This document shows positions 14,116 through 24,734 of a stretch of DNA of 27,640 nucleotides, piece after piece. The DNA is from a virus (taxonomy: Duplodnaviria > Caudoviricetes): IMG/VR virus record IMGVR_UViG_3300032227_000093, positions 1-27,640 of that record, one strand, 5' to 3'. Under the pieces are notes generated by a model. It did no database searches. It had not been told where the DNA came from and worked only from the letters and a program-made list of their open reading frames with translations. Position 1 is the first letter of the stretch. The number at the start of each line of letters is the position of its first letter. Both the position numbers and the translations under genes were made by a program.

Positions 14116-16022
14116 TAGACCGTCCTTATTGTTACGAGAAGCGTGCCGCCAAAGCCAGAGAAGCGCTTATCTTCTGGAGTCTTATTGATGAAGTCCATCT
14201 CTTCGATGATGCCAAGGTATTCTTCACCGGTTCTAAAGTCCTGAATACGGATGGTGTCGCCAACATTTTCAATGGCTTCTAGTTGAGACATACGTGCATA
14301 GGCAGATCCTTCATAACCCACTTCGTTGCTGAACTTGTCGCTCTCGTGGTCATAGCAGAATACCGGGTATTGGATCAGGCGCTGACGTGGAACTGCTGGC
14401 AATGACTTTAATTGGTAGCCAGTAAAGAGTGGACCCTTGGTAGAGTCGGTGCTTGATCTAGTCATAGTAAACTTGAAGCCAAGATACTCTTGTGAAGTAG
14501 TTGGGTAGTTCACGTTGATCTCAGGCACTGGCGTTCCTTGTGAAAACGAACCAATGTTATATGTAATATCTCTTGAATCAATAGATTCAAGGTTAATGCC
14601 ACCATTGGTTGTATCAATACGAGCTTGCAACAGTTTGTAGATCTTAGTCTCAAGTGTGTTGTAGCGGATATAACCAGTACGTAAGTAGCCTTCTGATACT
14701 AAGTCTGTAGATTCAGCCCAGATGTTATTGCCTGTAGCAAATGCTGCTCGATCTGAGTTACCAAAGAAGGCAACTTGAGATGCAGTTGCAGCAGTTCCAA
14801 GGGCAATAAGATCCCAAGCCCAAGGAAAATACAGAGCGTTAGCGATGACAGTTGTGGATAGATCAGTGCGAACTAGACCCGCTTCGCCATCTACCTTTGT
14901 GGCGATATAGGCATAACTATCTTTGAAAGCAATAGCAGTACAGGCAGCATCTCTAAAGAGTAATGGCCCATACTGCACATCTCCGGTTGCGTCAGCAACG
15001 CCGACTCTAAATCCTAGGCTAGTTGCAAGGATTGCATATGTACCAAGGTAGACATCAAAGTCATTGATGCGCTCACCGTTTGGCATATCAATAATTACAG
15101 TAGGTGTGCTAAGGGTTGGAAAGCCTAAAGAGTTTGGAACTGCAGCATCTAAGGTAATCTTAAATACAGATGATGAAGTTCCATTAGGATCATAACCTGA
15201 GATATAAATAGCATTGGGTCCTTCAGAGATACTTGACCATACCCAGTTAGCGTTAGGATGAGTAAATAAAGCAGTAGGTAGTGCTGCAGATGCTGTAGCA
15301 TTAGCATTTAATTCATAGATAGCGCTACCAATAGCGGCAATAAGGCGCTGTTTTACGTAGCGGATGGTTGCTCTAGTTACAGAAGGGGTGTTGTAGATTT
15401 CAGAGTCAGCAGGTGTTGCACCTACTGAACCTTTGTGTACCTTGGTTCCATTGATGAAGTAATAGTTTGATCCATCAGTTGTAAGGCTGTAGATGGTTGA
15501 TGCTGTGCCAGCCTGAGAAATAGTTGTAGGAGTTCCTGCGCTAGTAATCTTCTTTAGCGCTGATCCATCTGTAATAAAGATACAGTCATTGGTTCCATCA
15601 TTGACGCCAATCATTTGAGCAGGTGCTGAGCCTGAATAGAAACTGGCTGTGTCGTTCAGCAGTGTTGCTTGGCCTCTAGTCCAGACATCTACACCTTTAG
15701 ATTCTGTGTATTGAAAACGCAGAGACTCTTCCTGAATAGGCTCAAAATACTTAATCCCCGCTCCTAAGTGGAACGAGGATTGAGATCTAACCCACCAACC
15801 AGTGAGTGTCTGCTCACCAGGTTCTCGTGTCTGGTCAATCTGTTGCTTGCGATACTGCGCCGTTACTCGACGATAAGGTTGTTCATCGGATGCAGCAAGA
15901 AAGAATGGCAGCGATGCAAAGGCTACGTCATAGGCTGGTCCAGTTGGAATATAAGCAGTGGATCCTGCAGGGTTGGAGAGTACGTAGGGTATTCCCTCGG
16001 TTATATCATCGCCATAGGGCAT
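14115..16022 (-). CDS. Large beta-rich tail protein (nozzle/tubular-B-like)
   Basis: 635 aa, propeller-like beta composition, position in the tail module. Confidence 0.6.
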   Translation of the reverse strand: MPYGDDITEGIPYVLSNPAGSTAYIPTGPAYDVAFASLPFFLAASDEQPYRRVTAQYRKQQIDQTREPGEQTLTGWWVRSQSSFHLGAGIKYFEPIQEESLRFQYTESKGVDVWTRGQATLLNDTASFYSGSAPAQMIGVNDGTNDCIFITDGSALKKITSAGTPTTISQAGTASTIYSLTTDGSNYYFINGTKVHKGSVGATPADSEIYNTPSVTRATIRYVKQRLIAAIGSAIYELNANATASAALPTALFTHPNANWVWSSISEGPNAIYISGYDPNGTSSSVFKITLDAAVPNSLGFPTLSTPTVIIDMPNGERINDFDVYLGTYAILATSLGFRVGVADATGDVQYGPLLFRDAACTAIAFKDSYAYIATKVDGEAGLVRTDLSTTVIANALYFPWAWDLIALGTAATASQVAFFGNSDRAAFATGNNIWAESTDLVSEGYLRTGYIRYNTLETKIYKLLQARIDTTNGGINLESIDSRDITYNIGSFSQGTPVPEINVNYPTTSQEYLGFKFTMTRSSTDSTKGPLFTGYQLKSLPAVPRQRLIQYPVFCYDHESDKFSNEVGYEGSAYARMSQLEAIENVGDTIRIQDFRTGEEYLGIIEEMDFINKTPEDKRFSGFGGTLLVTIRTV

Positions 16023-16031
16023 TGCTTCTCC

Positions 16032-16118
16032 TTAGTATATTTGTAATTCCGATTGATCTACTGCATCATCAATATCCCGTGCTAACGGGAAGATGTCTTC
16101 AGTTAGACAGTGCTGCAA
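16032..16118 (-). CDS. Possible acidic micro-peptide (28 aa)
   Basis: TTG start, MQHCLTEDIFPLARDIDDAVDQSELQIY fills the gap. Confidence 0.35.
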   Translation of the reverse strand: MQHCLTEDIFPLARDIDDAVDQSELQIY

Positions 16119-16326
16119 TCTCTTCACCAGTTAAGCCCAGTGCTGCCAGCTTTGCCTGTGCTGATAGTTTGGCATCAGCCTTTGCTTCTGCTTCTGCATC
16201 ACGCTCTGCCTTTTCAATAGCAGCAGCCTGTGCATCTACTGCACGCTGTTCGATCTCTTCTGGCGTTAGGTCAACATAAGTCTGTGTACCTTTAGCCAAG
16301 TCAACAATTAGTTTCTTATCAGACAT
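16099..16326 (-). CDS. Tail fibre-associated helical protein
   Basis: Ala/Glu helix ending in AKLAALGLT.EEI; AGGAG SD. Confidence 0.75.
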   Translation of the reverse strand: MSDKKLIVDLAKGTQTYVDLTPEEIEQRAVDAQAAAIEKAERDAEAEAKADAKLSAQAKLAALGLTGEEIAALSN

Positions 16327-16624
16327 TTTCTTCTCCTATAATTACTACGTGTGTGGCATCTGGACAAGACCAAGTGCAAGTCTCTTCGTCAAAGACCACG
16401 CTCTCGTGGCACTCTGGCTTAGGTGCAATGAACGCATCGCGGGTTGCATCGTATGAGTAACCGATACCTGCATAGTTCTTGCGGATGTTGCCGTTGTATG
16501 AAGTCTTAACCCAAGTACCGCCGAGGCTATTCATAAACGCTTCGCCTTCATCTGGCTCGCTGTTATCGCCTACAAGTACACGGAGAACAATGTTGTTCTC
16601 ATCTATCTCTGCCCAATGACTCAT
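16319..16624 (-). CDS. Tail fibre assembly-type accessory protein
   Basis: HWAEIDENNIVLRV...WVKTSYN...RKNYAGIG...DAFIAPKP. Confidence 0.75.
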   Translation of the reverse strand: MSHWAEIDENNIVLRVLVGDNSEPDEGEAFMNSLGGTWVKTSYNGNIRKNYAGIGYSYDATRDAFIAPKPECHESVVFDEETCTWSCPDATHVVIIGEENV

Positions 16625-16635
16625 TCTATTTCTCC

Positions 16636-17997
16636 TTATGCTAAGTATCTAATTATAACAACGCCTGAACCACCTGCACCGCCAGTATTTGCTGCAGTTC
16701 CTGCACCACCACCGCCGCCACCGGTATTTGCTGTGCCAGCAGAACCGCCTGCACCACCACCACCTGTAGCGGTTCCAGCAGTAGTACTGCCACCCTTACC
16801 GGCTGCTCCACCACCAGATCTTTCTACAGAACTTCCGCTAATAATTGAACTTACCCCAGCACCACCATTACCAGATTTGGTGGTAGAACCATTTTGTCCA
16901 ACTGCACCAGCACCACCGCCGCCACCAGCGCCATAGTTTGCAGCGGTTGTATTTTGTCCACCTGCATAACCTTGGTTAGCAGTTCCAGCGGCAGTTGTCC
17001 AAACGGCTTGGTTTGTTCCACCACCACCGCCACCGCCTGAGCCACCTGAGATACCAGGTCCGGTAGTAGATCCAGCATTTTGCTGTCCTACACCACCACC
17101 GCCACCAGCAGTAGAAGTTATTGTTGAAAATACTGAGTTGCTACCGCTGCTGCCTCGAACTCCTAGACCGCTGCCACCCGCGCCACCAGCACCAATGGTT
17201 ACTGTGTAACCAGTTGCAGATAAACTAAGTGCTGTTTCAAGTGTGCCACCACCGCCTGTTGCTGTAACAGTTGATCGAAGACCACCTGCTCCACCACCGC
17301 CACCTTCGCCCGCAGTGGAAAAAGTTGGAGATCCACCACCGCCACCGCCTGCGGCTACCAAGTAATCGCAAGTTAATCCAATTTGCGGAGTAAATGTGCC
17401 ACTGCTAAGAAACGTGTGGTACCAGTAAGTTCCATCATAATCAATGATGTTTCCACCACTAGCCTTTGGCGCAATGGCGGGTGTAGTGCCGAGTGCTGCT
17501 AGACCGTAGAGGCTGAAGGTTGAGTTGGCTACGAATGATCCTGCTTCTGGAGTAATTACAATAGATGATATTGCAGCGTTATCAGCCCAAAGTCTAGCCA
17601 ACATTCCAACAAGAGCTTGAGACGCATTATTTTCTTGTGCATAATCAACTGAAGAAGATTTTTGCGTAGTAGTTGAATTATAATTTGGAATATAAATTTC
17701 TGTGCTAGAAAATGTGTTTGCAGTAGCACTTGCTGCGTCTATCCATCCGACCCAACCGTCTGTATAACTATTGCTATAAGCACTTGTTCCATCACCATAA
17801 AGTTGTCTAGCAGTATAAGATGTTGTAGAACTATTGTATAATACTTTCATTGCAGTATAGGCTGAAGCATTAGAACTTCTTGCTGAAACAACAACCTTCA
17901 AATCGGTATAACCAGTTTGCGGAATATTGGCAAATGTTACAGATGCAGTATCAGCATTAAGTTCGATGCGTTCAAGTAGTACATAGTTATTTGGCAT
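16636..17997 (-). CDS. Gly-rich tail fibre/receptor-binding protein
   Basis: N-terminal IPQTGYTDL beta domain and poly-Gly domain. Confidence 0.8.
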   Translation of the reverse strand: MPNNYVLLERIELNADTASVTFANIPQTGYTDLKVVVSARSSNASAYTAMKVLYNSSTTSYTARQLYGDGTSAYSNSYTDGWVGWIDAASATANTFSSTEIYIPNYNSTTTQKSSSVDYAQENNASQALVGMLARLWADNAAISSIVITPEAGSFVANSTFSLYGLAALGTTPAIAPKASGGNIIDYDGTYWYHTFLSSGTFTPQIGLTCDYLVAAGGGGGGSPTFSTAGEGGGGGAGGLRSTVTATGGGGTLETALSLSATGYTVTIGAGGAGGSGLGVRGSSGSNSVFSTITSTAGGGGGVGQQNAGSTTGPGISGGSGGGGGGGTNQAVWTTAAGTANQGYAGGQNTTAANYGAGGGGGAGAVGQNGSTTKSGNGGAGVSSIISGSSVERSGGGAAGKGGSTTAGTATGGGGAGGSAGTANTGGGGGGAGTAANTGGAGGSGVVIIRYLA

Positions 17998-19271
17998 TAC
18001 TTTGCATACCTCACAATTACTAGACCTGAACCGCCACTACTGCCCCAACCGTGTCCACCACCGCCAGTAAAAGCCATACCACTAAAAAGATAACTACCAC
18101 CACCGCCGTTGCCGCCGGTGCCTTGTGTTAATTGTCCAGAGCCACCGCCACCACCTGCATACCAATAGGTTCCACCAACATTTTGTCCTGTGTTAGTTGC
18201 TGCGCCCCAAGATGAGTAAGTAGATAAACCAGCACCACCATTGCCGCCAATGATTCCGCCAACGTTAGATGTATTTTGACCGACAGCACCCATACCACCA
18301 CCGCCACCGCCTGAGTAACCTGCAGTAGCTTGGTTTCCACCAGCATATCCAACGCTTCCAGCTCCACCGTTAGCAGAGTAGGCTCCACCGCCACCGCAAC
18401 CACCAGATAAACCACTGGCATTAGTTTGAGTAGTACCTCCACCACCACCTCCAGGTGATGATGTAAGAGCAGCAAATTGAGTTGCACTTCCAGAGTTTCC
18501 TCGTGCTGCGTTTATTGATCCTTGAACACCAGCACCGCCAGCACCTACAGTTACTGTATAACCAGTTGCTGTTAATGCTTGTGAAGTAAAGTAACGTAAG
18601 GCACCGGCCCCACCGCCACCGCCGTACCATTGTCCACCAGCTCCGCCACCTGCTATTTGCAAGATGTCGCAAGATAGAGATTGGTTAGGTGTAAATGTTC
18701 CAGAGTAATTAAACGTGTGGTAATAATAAGTGGCATCAGATGTGATAACTCCACCAGTTGCTTTAGGTGAGGTTCCTGTACCTTCGGCTTTTATTCCATA
18801 CAACGAGAAGGTGGAACCGGTGTTAAAGTTTACAGAAGGGGCAAATAATGTTATAGAAGTTATTGCAGCAGTATTACGCCAAAGACTTACAAATGCACCC
18901 ACGTTATATCCAGAGTTATTACCTCTGGCTAAACTGGTTTTATATGTAGAACTATTTGCATAATTCATAAATTGAATAATATTTATTGTTTGATTTGCGG
19001 TTCCAATAAAACCAGTTAGTGCTGCAGTTTCCCCTGATTGACGATAAGAAGATGCAGATGTTCCATCACCGCTTACTCTTGTAGCTGAATAAATTGTAGT
19101 GGTATCACCATTGGCTCGCCAATAAATAGAGTTATCATTGGTCGAACTAATAGCGCCTTGTACTATTATAATCAAATCGGTATAAGTTGACGGGATAGAA
19201 CTAAAAGTTACTGAGGCAGTTGCAGTTCCTAGTGTAACTTTATCTAATGCAACGTATGTATTGGTAGCCAT
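17997..19271 (-). CDS. Gly-rich tail fibre/receptor-binding protein (paralogue)
   Basis: IPSTYTDL domain and poly-Gly domain. Confidence 0.8.
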   Translation of the reverse strand: MATNTYVALDKVTLGTATASVTFSSIPSTYTDLIIIVQGAISSTNDNSIYWRANGDTTTIYSATRVSGDGTSASSYRQSGETAALTGFIGTANQTINIIQFMNYANSSTYKTSLARGNNSGYNVGAFVSLWRNTAAITSITLFAPSVNFNTGSTFSLYGIKAEGTGTSPKATGGVITSDATYYYHTFNYSGTFTPNQSLSCDILQIAGGGAGGQWYGGGGGAGALRYFTSQALTATGYTVTVGAGGAGVQGSINAARGNSGSATQFAALTSSPGGGGGGTTQTNASGLSGGCGGGGAYSANGGAGSVGYAGGNQATAGYSGGGGGGMGAVGQNTSNVGGIIGGNGGAGLSTYSSWGAATNTGQNVGGTYWYAGGGGGSGQLTQGTGGNGGGGSYLFSGMAFTGGGGHGWGSSGGSGLVIVRYAK

Positions 19272-19840
19272 TATTTAATCCCATACAGAGCGAAGGATGA
19301 GTATTGAGTGAAGTTTCCAAGGTTTCCTGTGTAGATTGAATAACTTGTGATTGCAGATGTTGATAGCCAAGCGCTAGAAACAAGCTGTACGTAGCCTGAA
19401 CCGTTGGCATCGTAGCCACCAATGCTTCGTATGGTTTTATTTTTTGACGTACTAGAATAATCAAGAACATCTATAACTACTGTATTAAATGTGTTTGCTA
19501 ATGAACTTGATCCCAAGTGATATGGAAGCCAACCGTAAACCTGAGATGCTTGACCACTAGCTGATGCAGATGCACCATCGCCGCTAAGAAAATGTCGAGA
19601 ATAGTTTGAGGCGGAATCTCCATTAACTCTAAAAAATGTATTATATGGAGGACTGGCTGCTGATGCTGGTCTATAAATACCACGAATTTGCAAATGCTTA
19701 TAAGTGTTAGGTATGTTGACAAAGTCAATGCTTGCAACGCCACCTGATGGCACAGTTACTGTAGCCAAAGAATCGTAGGCACCTTCCGGTTGCCACAGAT
19801 TGGCAGACATTGCTGAAGCCATAATTCCTAGAATTGGCAT
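19271..19840 (-). CDS. Tail fibre-associated beta protein (paralogous domain only)
   Basis: IPNTYKHL...SFALYGIK, no Gly-rich part. Confidence 0.8.
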   Translation of the reverse strand: MPILGIMASAMSANLWQPEGAYDSLATVTVPSGGVASIDFVNIPNTYKHLQIRGIYRPASAASPPYNTFFRVNGDSASNYSRHFLSGDGASASASGQASQVYGWLPYHLGSSSLANTFNTVVIDVLDYSSTSKNKTIRSIGGYDANGSGYVQLVSSAWLSTSAITSYSIYTGNLGNFTQYSSFALYGIK

Positions 19841-20694
19841 TAGATAGTTACCGTTCCTGTTCCTGCAGTAAAGCGATAAACTCGATAGCCAGCACGTGTT
19901 GGTTGTGTATAAGTCAGCCCACCAGAGATGCTAGTTAAAGCTGGATAAGTATCTGGATAAGCGATAACAACAATTCCGCTTCCACCAATTCCGCCTGCAC
20001 GAAGATTCTGATCGGTATCTTTCTTTGCACCACCGCCACCACCGCCGGTGTTTGCTGCGCCATTTGTTCCATTGGTGCTATTTGATGCACCAGTTCCACC
20101 GCCGCCTGTGCCACCTGCGCCAGAAGCGTTACCACCTGCACCACCACCGCCGCCATAAGTTACTGATGTGCCAGTGATAGAAGATGCTACTCCAGCGCCG
20201 CCAGTTGTACCTGAACCTGCACCACCGGCACCACCACCTCCTCCGCCATAAACATCTGAAGTTCCAGAAGATTGTCCAGGTGCGCCATTGTTACCTTGGC
20301 CTGCTGTTCCAGCAGCACCACCACCATTTTGTGGACCGTCAATGTCAGCATAGCCACCACCGCCACCACCAGAACCGCCTGATGTAGCTCCAGTGTATGG
20401 TCCAGAACCACCAGTACCACCTGCAGTAGAAGTTATTGAAGCAAATACAGAATTACTTCCTGCTCCACCTACAGTTACTGTATAAGAAGTTCCACCTACT
20501 ACAGAAAAACCAGTTGCTGTTCGCACACCACCAGCACCGCCACCACCGTTTGCTGCTGAAGCAACAGTTGATGTAGCAGTACCAGAACCACCGCCAGCGA
20601 CTACAAGGTAGTCAACTGTTGGTGTTTTTGTAGGTGAAGTCATAAAGCCGTAACCCTGTGCAGATGCTCCAGCTTTAGTTCCTAATAAAGGCAT
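19840..20694 (-). CDS. Gly-rich tail fibre protein (Gly domain only)
   Basis: DYLVVAGGG...GGGGAGG...GGSGIVVIAY. Confidence 0.8.
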   Translation of the reverse strand: MPLLGTKAGASAQGYGFMTSPTKTPTVDYLVVAGGGSGTATSTVASAANGGGGAGGVRTATGFSVVGGTSYTVTVGGAGSNSVFASITSTAGGTGGSGPYTGATSGGSGGGGGGYADIDGPQNGGGAAGTAGQGNNGAPGQSSGTSDVYGGGGGGAGGAGSGTTGGAGVASSITGTSVTYGGGGGAGGNASGAGGTGGGGTGASNSTNGTNGAANTGGGGGGAKKDTDQNLRAGGIGGSGIVVIAYPDTYPALTSISGGLTYTQPTRAGYRVYRFTAGTGTVTI

Positions 20695-20703
20695 TACTAC
20701 TCC

Positions 20704-21666
20704 TTATGCAAACTTTGTCTGGGCGGCTAACACTGTATAGGTTGGAGTTGAAGCAGTTTTAATAATAGTCAAAGAGTAAGCATCAATAGATGATGCGTTG
20801 CCCGCAGCCGGAGCAATTCCACCTTGCCACTTTGGAGTAACAGCAGATCCATCTATCTGATAGGCAGTTGGATAATATGCAGTTGCGCCATTAGTAGCCA
20901 AGAACACAACGGTTATTGAATCGCCTGTAGCAAGCATTGAGTTAAGCGTAGTACCCGAACTGCCTCGAACATTGAGAGTCCAGTTGGCGCTAGAGTTGGT
21001 TGTGTAATAAAGAACGCTTTGCGTTACAGCGTCAAAGTTAATAGTTCCAGTTGCTGCTGTGGCAGATACTGTAGTGCGCTCTTCTGGTGAGATAAGAACT
21101 GTGTTAGTGCTTGTGCCACCAGTGATTGCTGGAGTAGCGATTGTTCCAGTGTTGATCGTAGGACTGGTTAGAATCTTGTTAGTCAAAGTATCGCTAGTTG
21201 CCCTGCCTACCAAAGTATCGGTAGCAGCAGGCAATGTCAGGGTTGTAGTGCCAGCAATAGCAGTTGCTTGGACAGTAGTAGTTCCTGATGTAGATCCACT
21301 GAATCCAAAGGATGCTACAGGTGAGGCGTTGTTACGGAAGAAGATTAAGTCATCTGATGTAAGCACGTGCTTAACAGTTGCTCCGGCAGTATGTGATATA
21401 CCGATAGATCCTGCAGTTCCTGTGCCAGCCTGACCTCGACTGATTGTTAGCGTATCTCCAGATACTTGCGTTACATAAACAATTTCTTCGTTGACCGTAT
21501 CAGGATCAATAGCAACGGTGAAGATATCTATGTTACCAGCAGCAAGTGATACGCCACCAAGCAAAGCAGTAGCAGTACCTGTTGCGACTGTCATAGTAGT
21601 AACAGTTGTATTGATACTGCTAGCCAGCGTTGTCTCAACGCTAATGCTTGAATATTCTCTAGTCAT
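20704..21666 (-). CDS. Thr-rich tail fibre/spike protein
   Basis: EEIVYVT...LTISRG...HTAGATVKH; LTLPAATDTLVGRAT.DTLTNK repeat. Confidence 0.75.
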   Translation of the reverse strand: MTREYSSISVETTLASSINTTVTTMTVATGTATALLGGVSLAAGNIDIFTVAIDPDTVNEEIVYVTQVSGDTLTISRGQAGTGTAGSIGISHTAGATVKHVLTSDDLIFFRNNASPVASFGFSGSTSGTTTVQATAIAGTTTLTLPAATDTLVGRATSDTLTNKILTSPTINTGTIATPAITGGTSTNTVLISPEERTTVSATAATGTINFDAVTQSVLYYTTNSSANWTLNVRGSSGTTLNSMLATGDSITVVFLATNGATAYYPTAYQIDGSAVTPKWQGGIAPAAGNASSIDAYSLTIIKTASTPTYTVLAAQTKFA

Positions 21667-21675
21667 TTATCTGCC

Positions 21676-22572
21676 TTACTTTGTGTAATGGATACGGATT
21701 GGATACTTGTCTTGAAGTTTAAGCGCTTCATCATTTAGTCTTTGTTGATACAGAGCATAGATATAGCGAGATGAAGCAACGCCTGCTGTGCTTGGAATCT
21801 TGGTATCGTTTAGGTCAGCTTCTGCTGAACTCAAGTTAATGCGACCAGCATCTACATAAGATAGTAACTTGTAGCAGGCTCCGAGGATTACTACTTCAAC
21901 TGATGAGGCAGGTAACCCTGTTACATCTGTGTAGTCATCTGTTGGGTTATCTAGAGTATTAGGTGTAGTTGTGTAATACACCTGTACTGTTCGTCCGGGT
22001 TGGATGTTCTCGTAAATGTTTACAGTGTTTGTTGTATTAAATGCTGCAATGTTTGCCATCGGATCTGCACGCCAACGGTTGATAGGTAGCCATTCAAGGC
22101 TTGAACCTGTTGTCTGCCAAGACATATAGAGCACTGATTCAAGATCATCAGGTAGCGGATATGTAGTCTGGCTTGCATTAAAGGTAAAGGTAGTTGAGGC
22201 AACAGCCCAGAGTTTAGGATAGAGGCTATTGATAACATCGTTGATAGCCTTCTTAATCATTACCTTTGGAAAGGTTGGACTAAGAGTTACTTGGGCATAC
22301 TGTGCGTGTGGTGAGGCATTAGTGTTTTGATAGCCTCGACCAAATCCTGGAGCTGCATTAAGTGTGCTGCTTGCTTGGCTAAAGTTATCAATCCAGATAA
22401 GTTCATCATCAATTTCAATGATGCCTTTGGCTAGGTTGGAACTAGAACCGATAGTCATAGAAAGATCGGTAGATGATATAGCACTATTTAGATAGGTTAC
22501 TCTGTCTTGGCGCAGGGTGTAACCTGCTAGAGATGAGCGAACCTCATCTATCATATCGCTAAGTGTTGGCAT
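21676..22572 (-). CDS. Head-tail adaptor/tail tubular-A-like protein
   Basis: MPTLSDMIDEVR...AINDVI...YPLPDDL...VYY; EIDDELI..RG insert. Confidence 0.65.
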   Translation of the reverse strand: MPTLSDMIDEVRSSLAGYTLRQDRVTYLNSAISSTDLSMTIGSSSNLAKGIIEIDDELIWIDNFSQASSTLNAAPGFGRGYQNTNASPHAQYAQVTLSPTFPKVMIKKAINDVINSLYPKLWAVASTTFTFNASQTTYPLPDDLESVLYMSWQTTGSSLEWLPINRWRADPMANIAAFNTTNTVNIYENIQPGRTVQVYYTTTPNTLDNPTDDYTDVTGLPASSVEVVILGACYKLLSYVDAGRINLSSAEADLNDTKIPSTAGVASSRYIYALYQQRLNDEALKLQDKYPIRIHYTK

Positions 22573-23633
22573 TATTTCCTCTCATACCAGCCATCTCCCC
22601 ATAGAGTTAGCAGTCTTGCAAAGTATTGTTCGTATTGTGGTGCAATAGCATCTAGTGAATACAACGCTACTGCTCTCTTATGTATTGCTACTGGGTCTAA
22701 GTCCTTGACCCATTCTGTTGCTACTGCAAACTCCATTGCATTTCTGCAACGGTATCCAGTTACTCCATTTGGGTTAGTCTCTGTAAAGGCTCCCCAGTCT
22801 GTAGTAATTGTCGGAGTACCGCAGGCTTGCGCCTCAATTACCACATTGCCAAACGGTTCGATATAAAGCGTTGGAGCAAATAGGGCAATAGCGCCACCCA
22901 TTAACTTTGCTCGTTCTTCTGGTCCAACAGGTCCTACCCATTCACCATATTCAATCTTTGGGTTATTGCCCGGACCTGCCATAATCAACTTAACGCCTAG
23001 TTCTCTGCAGACGTGTTGTGCTACAACTAAACCTTTGCGATCTACCATACGTCCTACGTACAGGTAGTAATCTTCTTTCTTCTCTTGCAACGGGAACATC
23101 TCTGGTTCTAAGTAACCAGGTATTACCGCATCATAGAAGTTGCCATCTACTAAAGTCGGATTCTTAAACATTGCATAGATGCTGTGCATCCAAGCGTAAG
23201 ACTCAAATACTTTGTACTGACTAAATACTCCACCGTAACCAACGCCAAACTCTACGCTCATATAGTCTGGATAGGCATCTGCGATAGGCTTCTGCGAAGC
23301 ACCACCAATCAGGCAGATAAAGTCCTTATGTTGCAGACGTTTACCTAGTTCAGCTATGGCATTACTATTAAAGATTCGCCAATGCGGTAACGAGTTATCA
23401 AAGGCAGCTTCGGTGTAGTGCTTACCACCGAGTGCTTCGTCCTGCTGTTCTTTAGTAATGCAGGTGATGAGTTCATCAACCGGTGCTTCGTTATCTTCTC
23501 CAGCATAGAGATAGACCGTATGGCCTAGACTCTTCATCATTATACAAAAGCGTCTTACCTTCTCGGTATAGGCGCAGTTGACGTAATCTTTAGTTGTTTG
23601 TGTATGTGGCAGGCTTATTACGTGGAATCTCAT
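22572..23633 (-). CDS. GT-B (family 4-like) glycosyltransferase
   Basis: YLYVGRM..RKG, EPFGNVVIEAQACGTPTITTDWGAFTE. Confidence 0.92.
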   Translation of the reverse strand: MRFHVISLPHTQTTKDYVNCAYTEKVRRFCIMMKSLGHTVYLYAGEDNEAPVDELITCITKEQQDEALGGKHYTEAAFDNSLPHWRIFNSNAIAELGKRLQHKDFICLIGGASQKPIADAYPDYMSVEFGVGYGGVFSQYKVFESYAWMHSIYAMFKNPTLVDGNFYDAVIPGYLEPEMFPLQEKKEDYYLYVGRMVDRKGLVVAQHVCRELGVKLIMAGPGNNPKIEYGEWVGPVGPEERAKLMGGAIALFAPTLYIEPFGNVVIEAQACGTPTITTDWGAFTETNPNGVTGYRCRNAMEFAVATEWVKDLDPVAIHKRAVALYSLDAIAPQYEQYFARLLTLWGDGWYERK

Positions 23634-23642
23634 AGTCCGAGA

Positions 23643-24734
23643 TTATACTATGTCTCCGACAATCAAGAACGTATTACTCGCCGTACAGATCACTGTGGCG
23701 GCAGACTTATTAGTTCGCAGTTTAGGCGCTGTAGTTGTAGCACCTGTTGACAAGATAGTTACGCCAGCACCTTGAGCAAAGGTTACTTGACCTGCTCCAT
23801 ATTGGACTACGTGGATCTGGTCATTAGCACTAAAGACTGATGGTGGCACTGTAAGGGTAATCGCAGAAGCGTTATTCAAAGTAACGATATCGCTAAGATC
23901 TCCAATAGCAAGAGTATATGTGGTTCCAGTCTGGGTGTTAAAACCTGCAATGTTGCCAACGCCAGTAGCACCTGTTGCTCCAGTTGGTCCAGTTAATCCT
24001 GTTGGTCCTGTAGGACCAGTCGGTCCGGTTGCACCAGCAGGTCCTGTAGCACCTGTTGCTCCAACTGCTCCTGTAGTTCCAGTAGCACCTGTAGGACCAG
24101 TAGCACCTGCAGGACCAGTAGCACCTGTAGCACCAGTTGGACCAGTAGCACCGATTAGACCTGCAATACTAAAGTTCCAGTTGTTATGCGAGCCACTACC
24201 AGCAATGGTATCTACGTTAATAATTAACGTGCCACCACCAACATAGGTAGTAGGACCTTCCATAAAGTAAGCTGGAGTATCTGTATGGATTGCTCGAACT
24301 CTTTCACCAGCAAGGTATGCACCAGCGTAACTTCCAGTTAAAGTAAATGTTTTTATACCAGTACCGATAGTAATGGTTGAAGTAGATGTTACTGCTGAGT
24401 AACCTGGACCTGTGGCTCCTGTTGGCCCTGTAGCACCTGTTGGTCCAGGAACGGTACTTGCAGCACCAGTAGGACCTGTAGGTCCTGTGGCTCCTGCAGG
24501 GCCTGTAGCGCCCGTAGGACCGGCAACTGTGCTATCAGCACCTGTTGCACCAGTAGCGCCTGTAGCGCCTGTGGCGCCTGTTACACCAGTGGCACCAGTT
24601 GGACCTGTAGCACCCGCAGGTCCTGTTGGACCAGTTGGGCCTGTCGCTCCACCGATACCTTGTGGACCTTGCTGTGCTGAGAATACTAAGGATTGGTTCG
24701 GGGTAATTGATTCGATAACTACAAAAGTGGTCAT
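23643..24734 (-). CDS. Collagen-like fibre protein
   Basis: Two G-[A/P]-T triplet blocks and a C-terminal beta domain. Confidence 0.9.
   Translation of the reverse strand: MTTFVVIESITPNQSLVFSAQQGPQGIGGATGPTGPTGPAGATGPTGATGVTGATGATGATGATGADSTVAGPTGATGPAGATGPTGPTGAASTVPGPTGATGPTGATGPGYSAVTSTSTITIGTGIKTFTLTGSYAGAYLAGERVRAIHTDTPAYFMEGPTTYVGGGTLIINVDTIAGSGSHNNWNFSIAGLIGATGPTGATGATGPAGATGPTGATGTTGAVGATGATGPAGATGPTGPTGPTGLTGPTGATGATGVGNIAGFNTQTGTTYTLAIGDLSDIVTLNNASAITLTVPPSVFSANDQIHVVQYGAGQVTFAQGAGVTILSTGATTTAPKLRTNKSAATVICTASNTFLIVGDIV
23960..24150 (-). repeat. 9-nt-period collagen repeat block 2
   Basis: GAT/GPT/GPA triplets. Confidence 0.85.
24404..24672 (-). repeat. 9-nt-period collagen repeat block 1
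   Basis: GAT/GPT triplets interrupted by ADSTVA and AASTVP. Confidence 0.85.

Noticed and set aside
16636-20694. Diversity-generating retroelement or invertible shufflon for the fibres
   Set aside because: No reverse transcriptase, invertase, long template/variable repeat pair or inverted cassettes in the window
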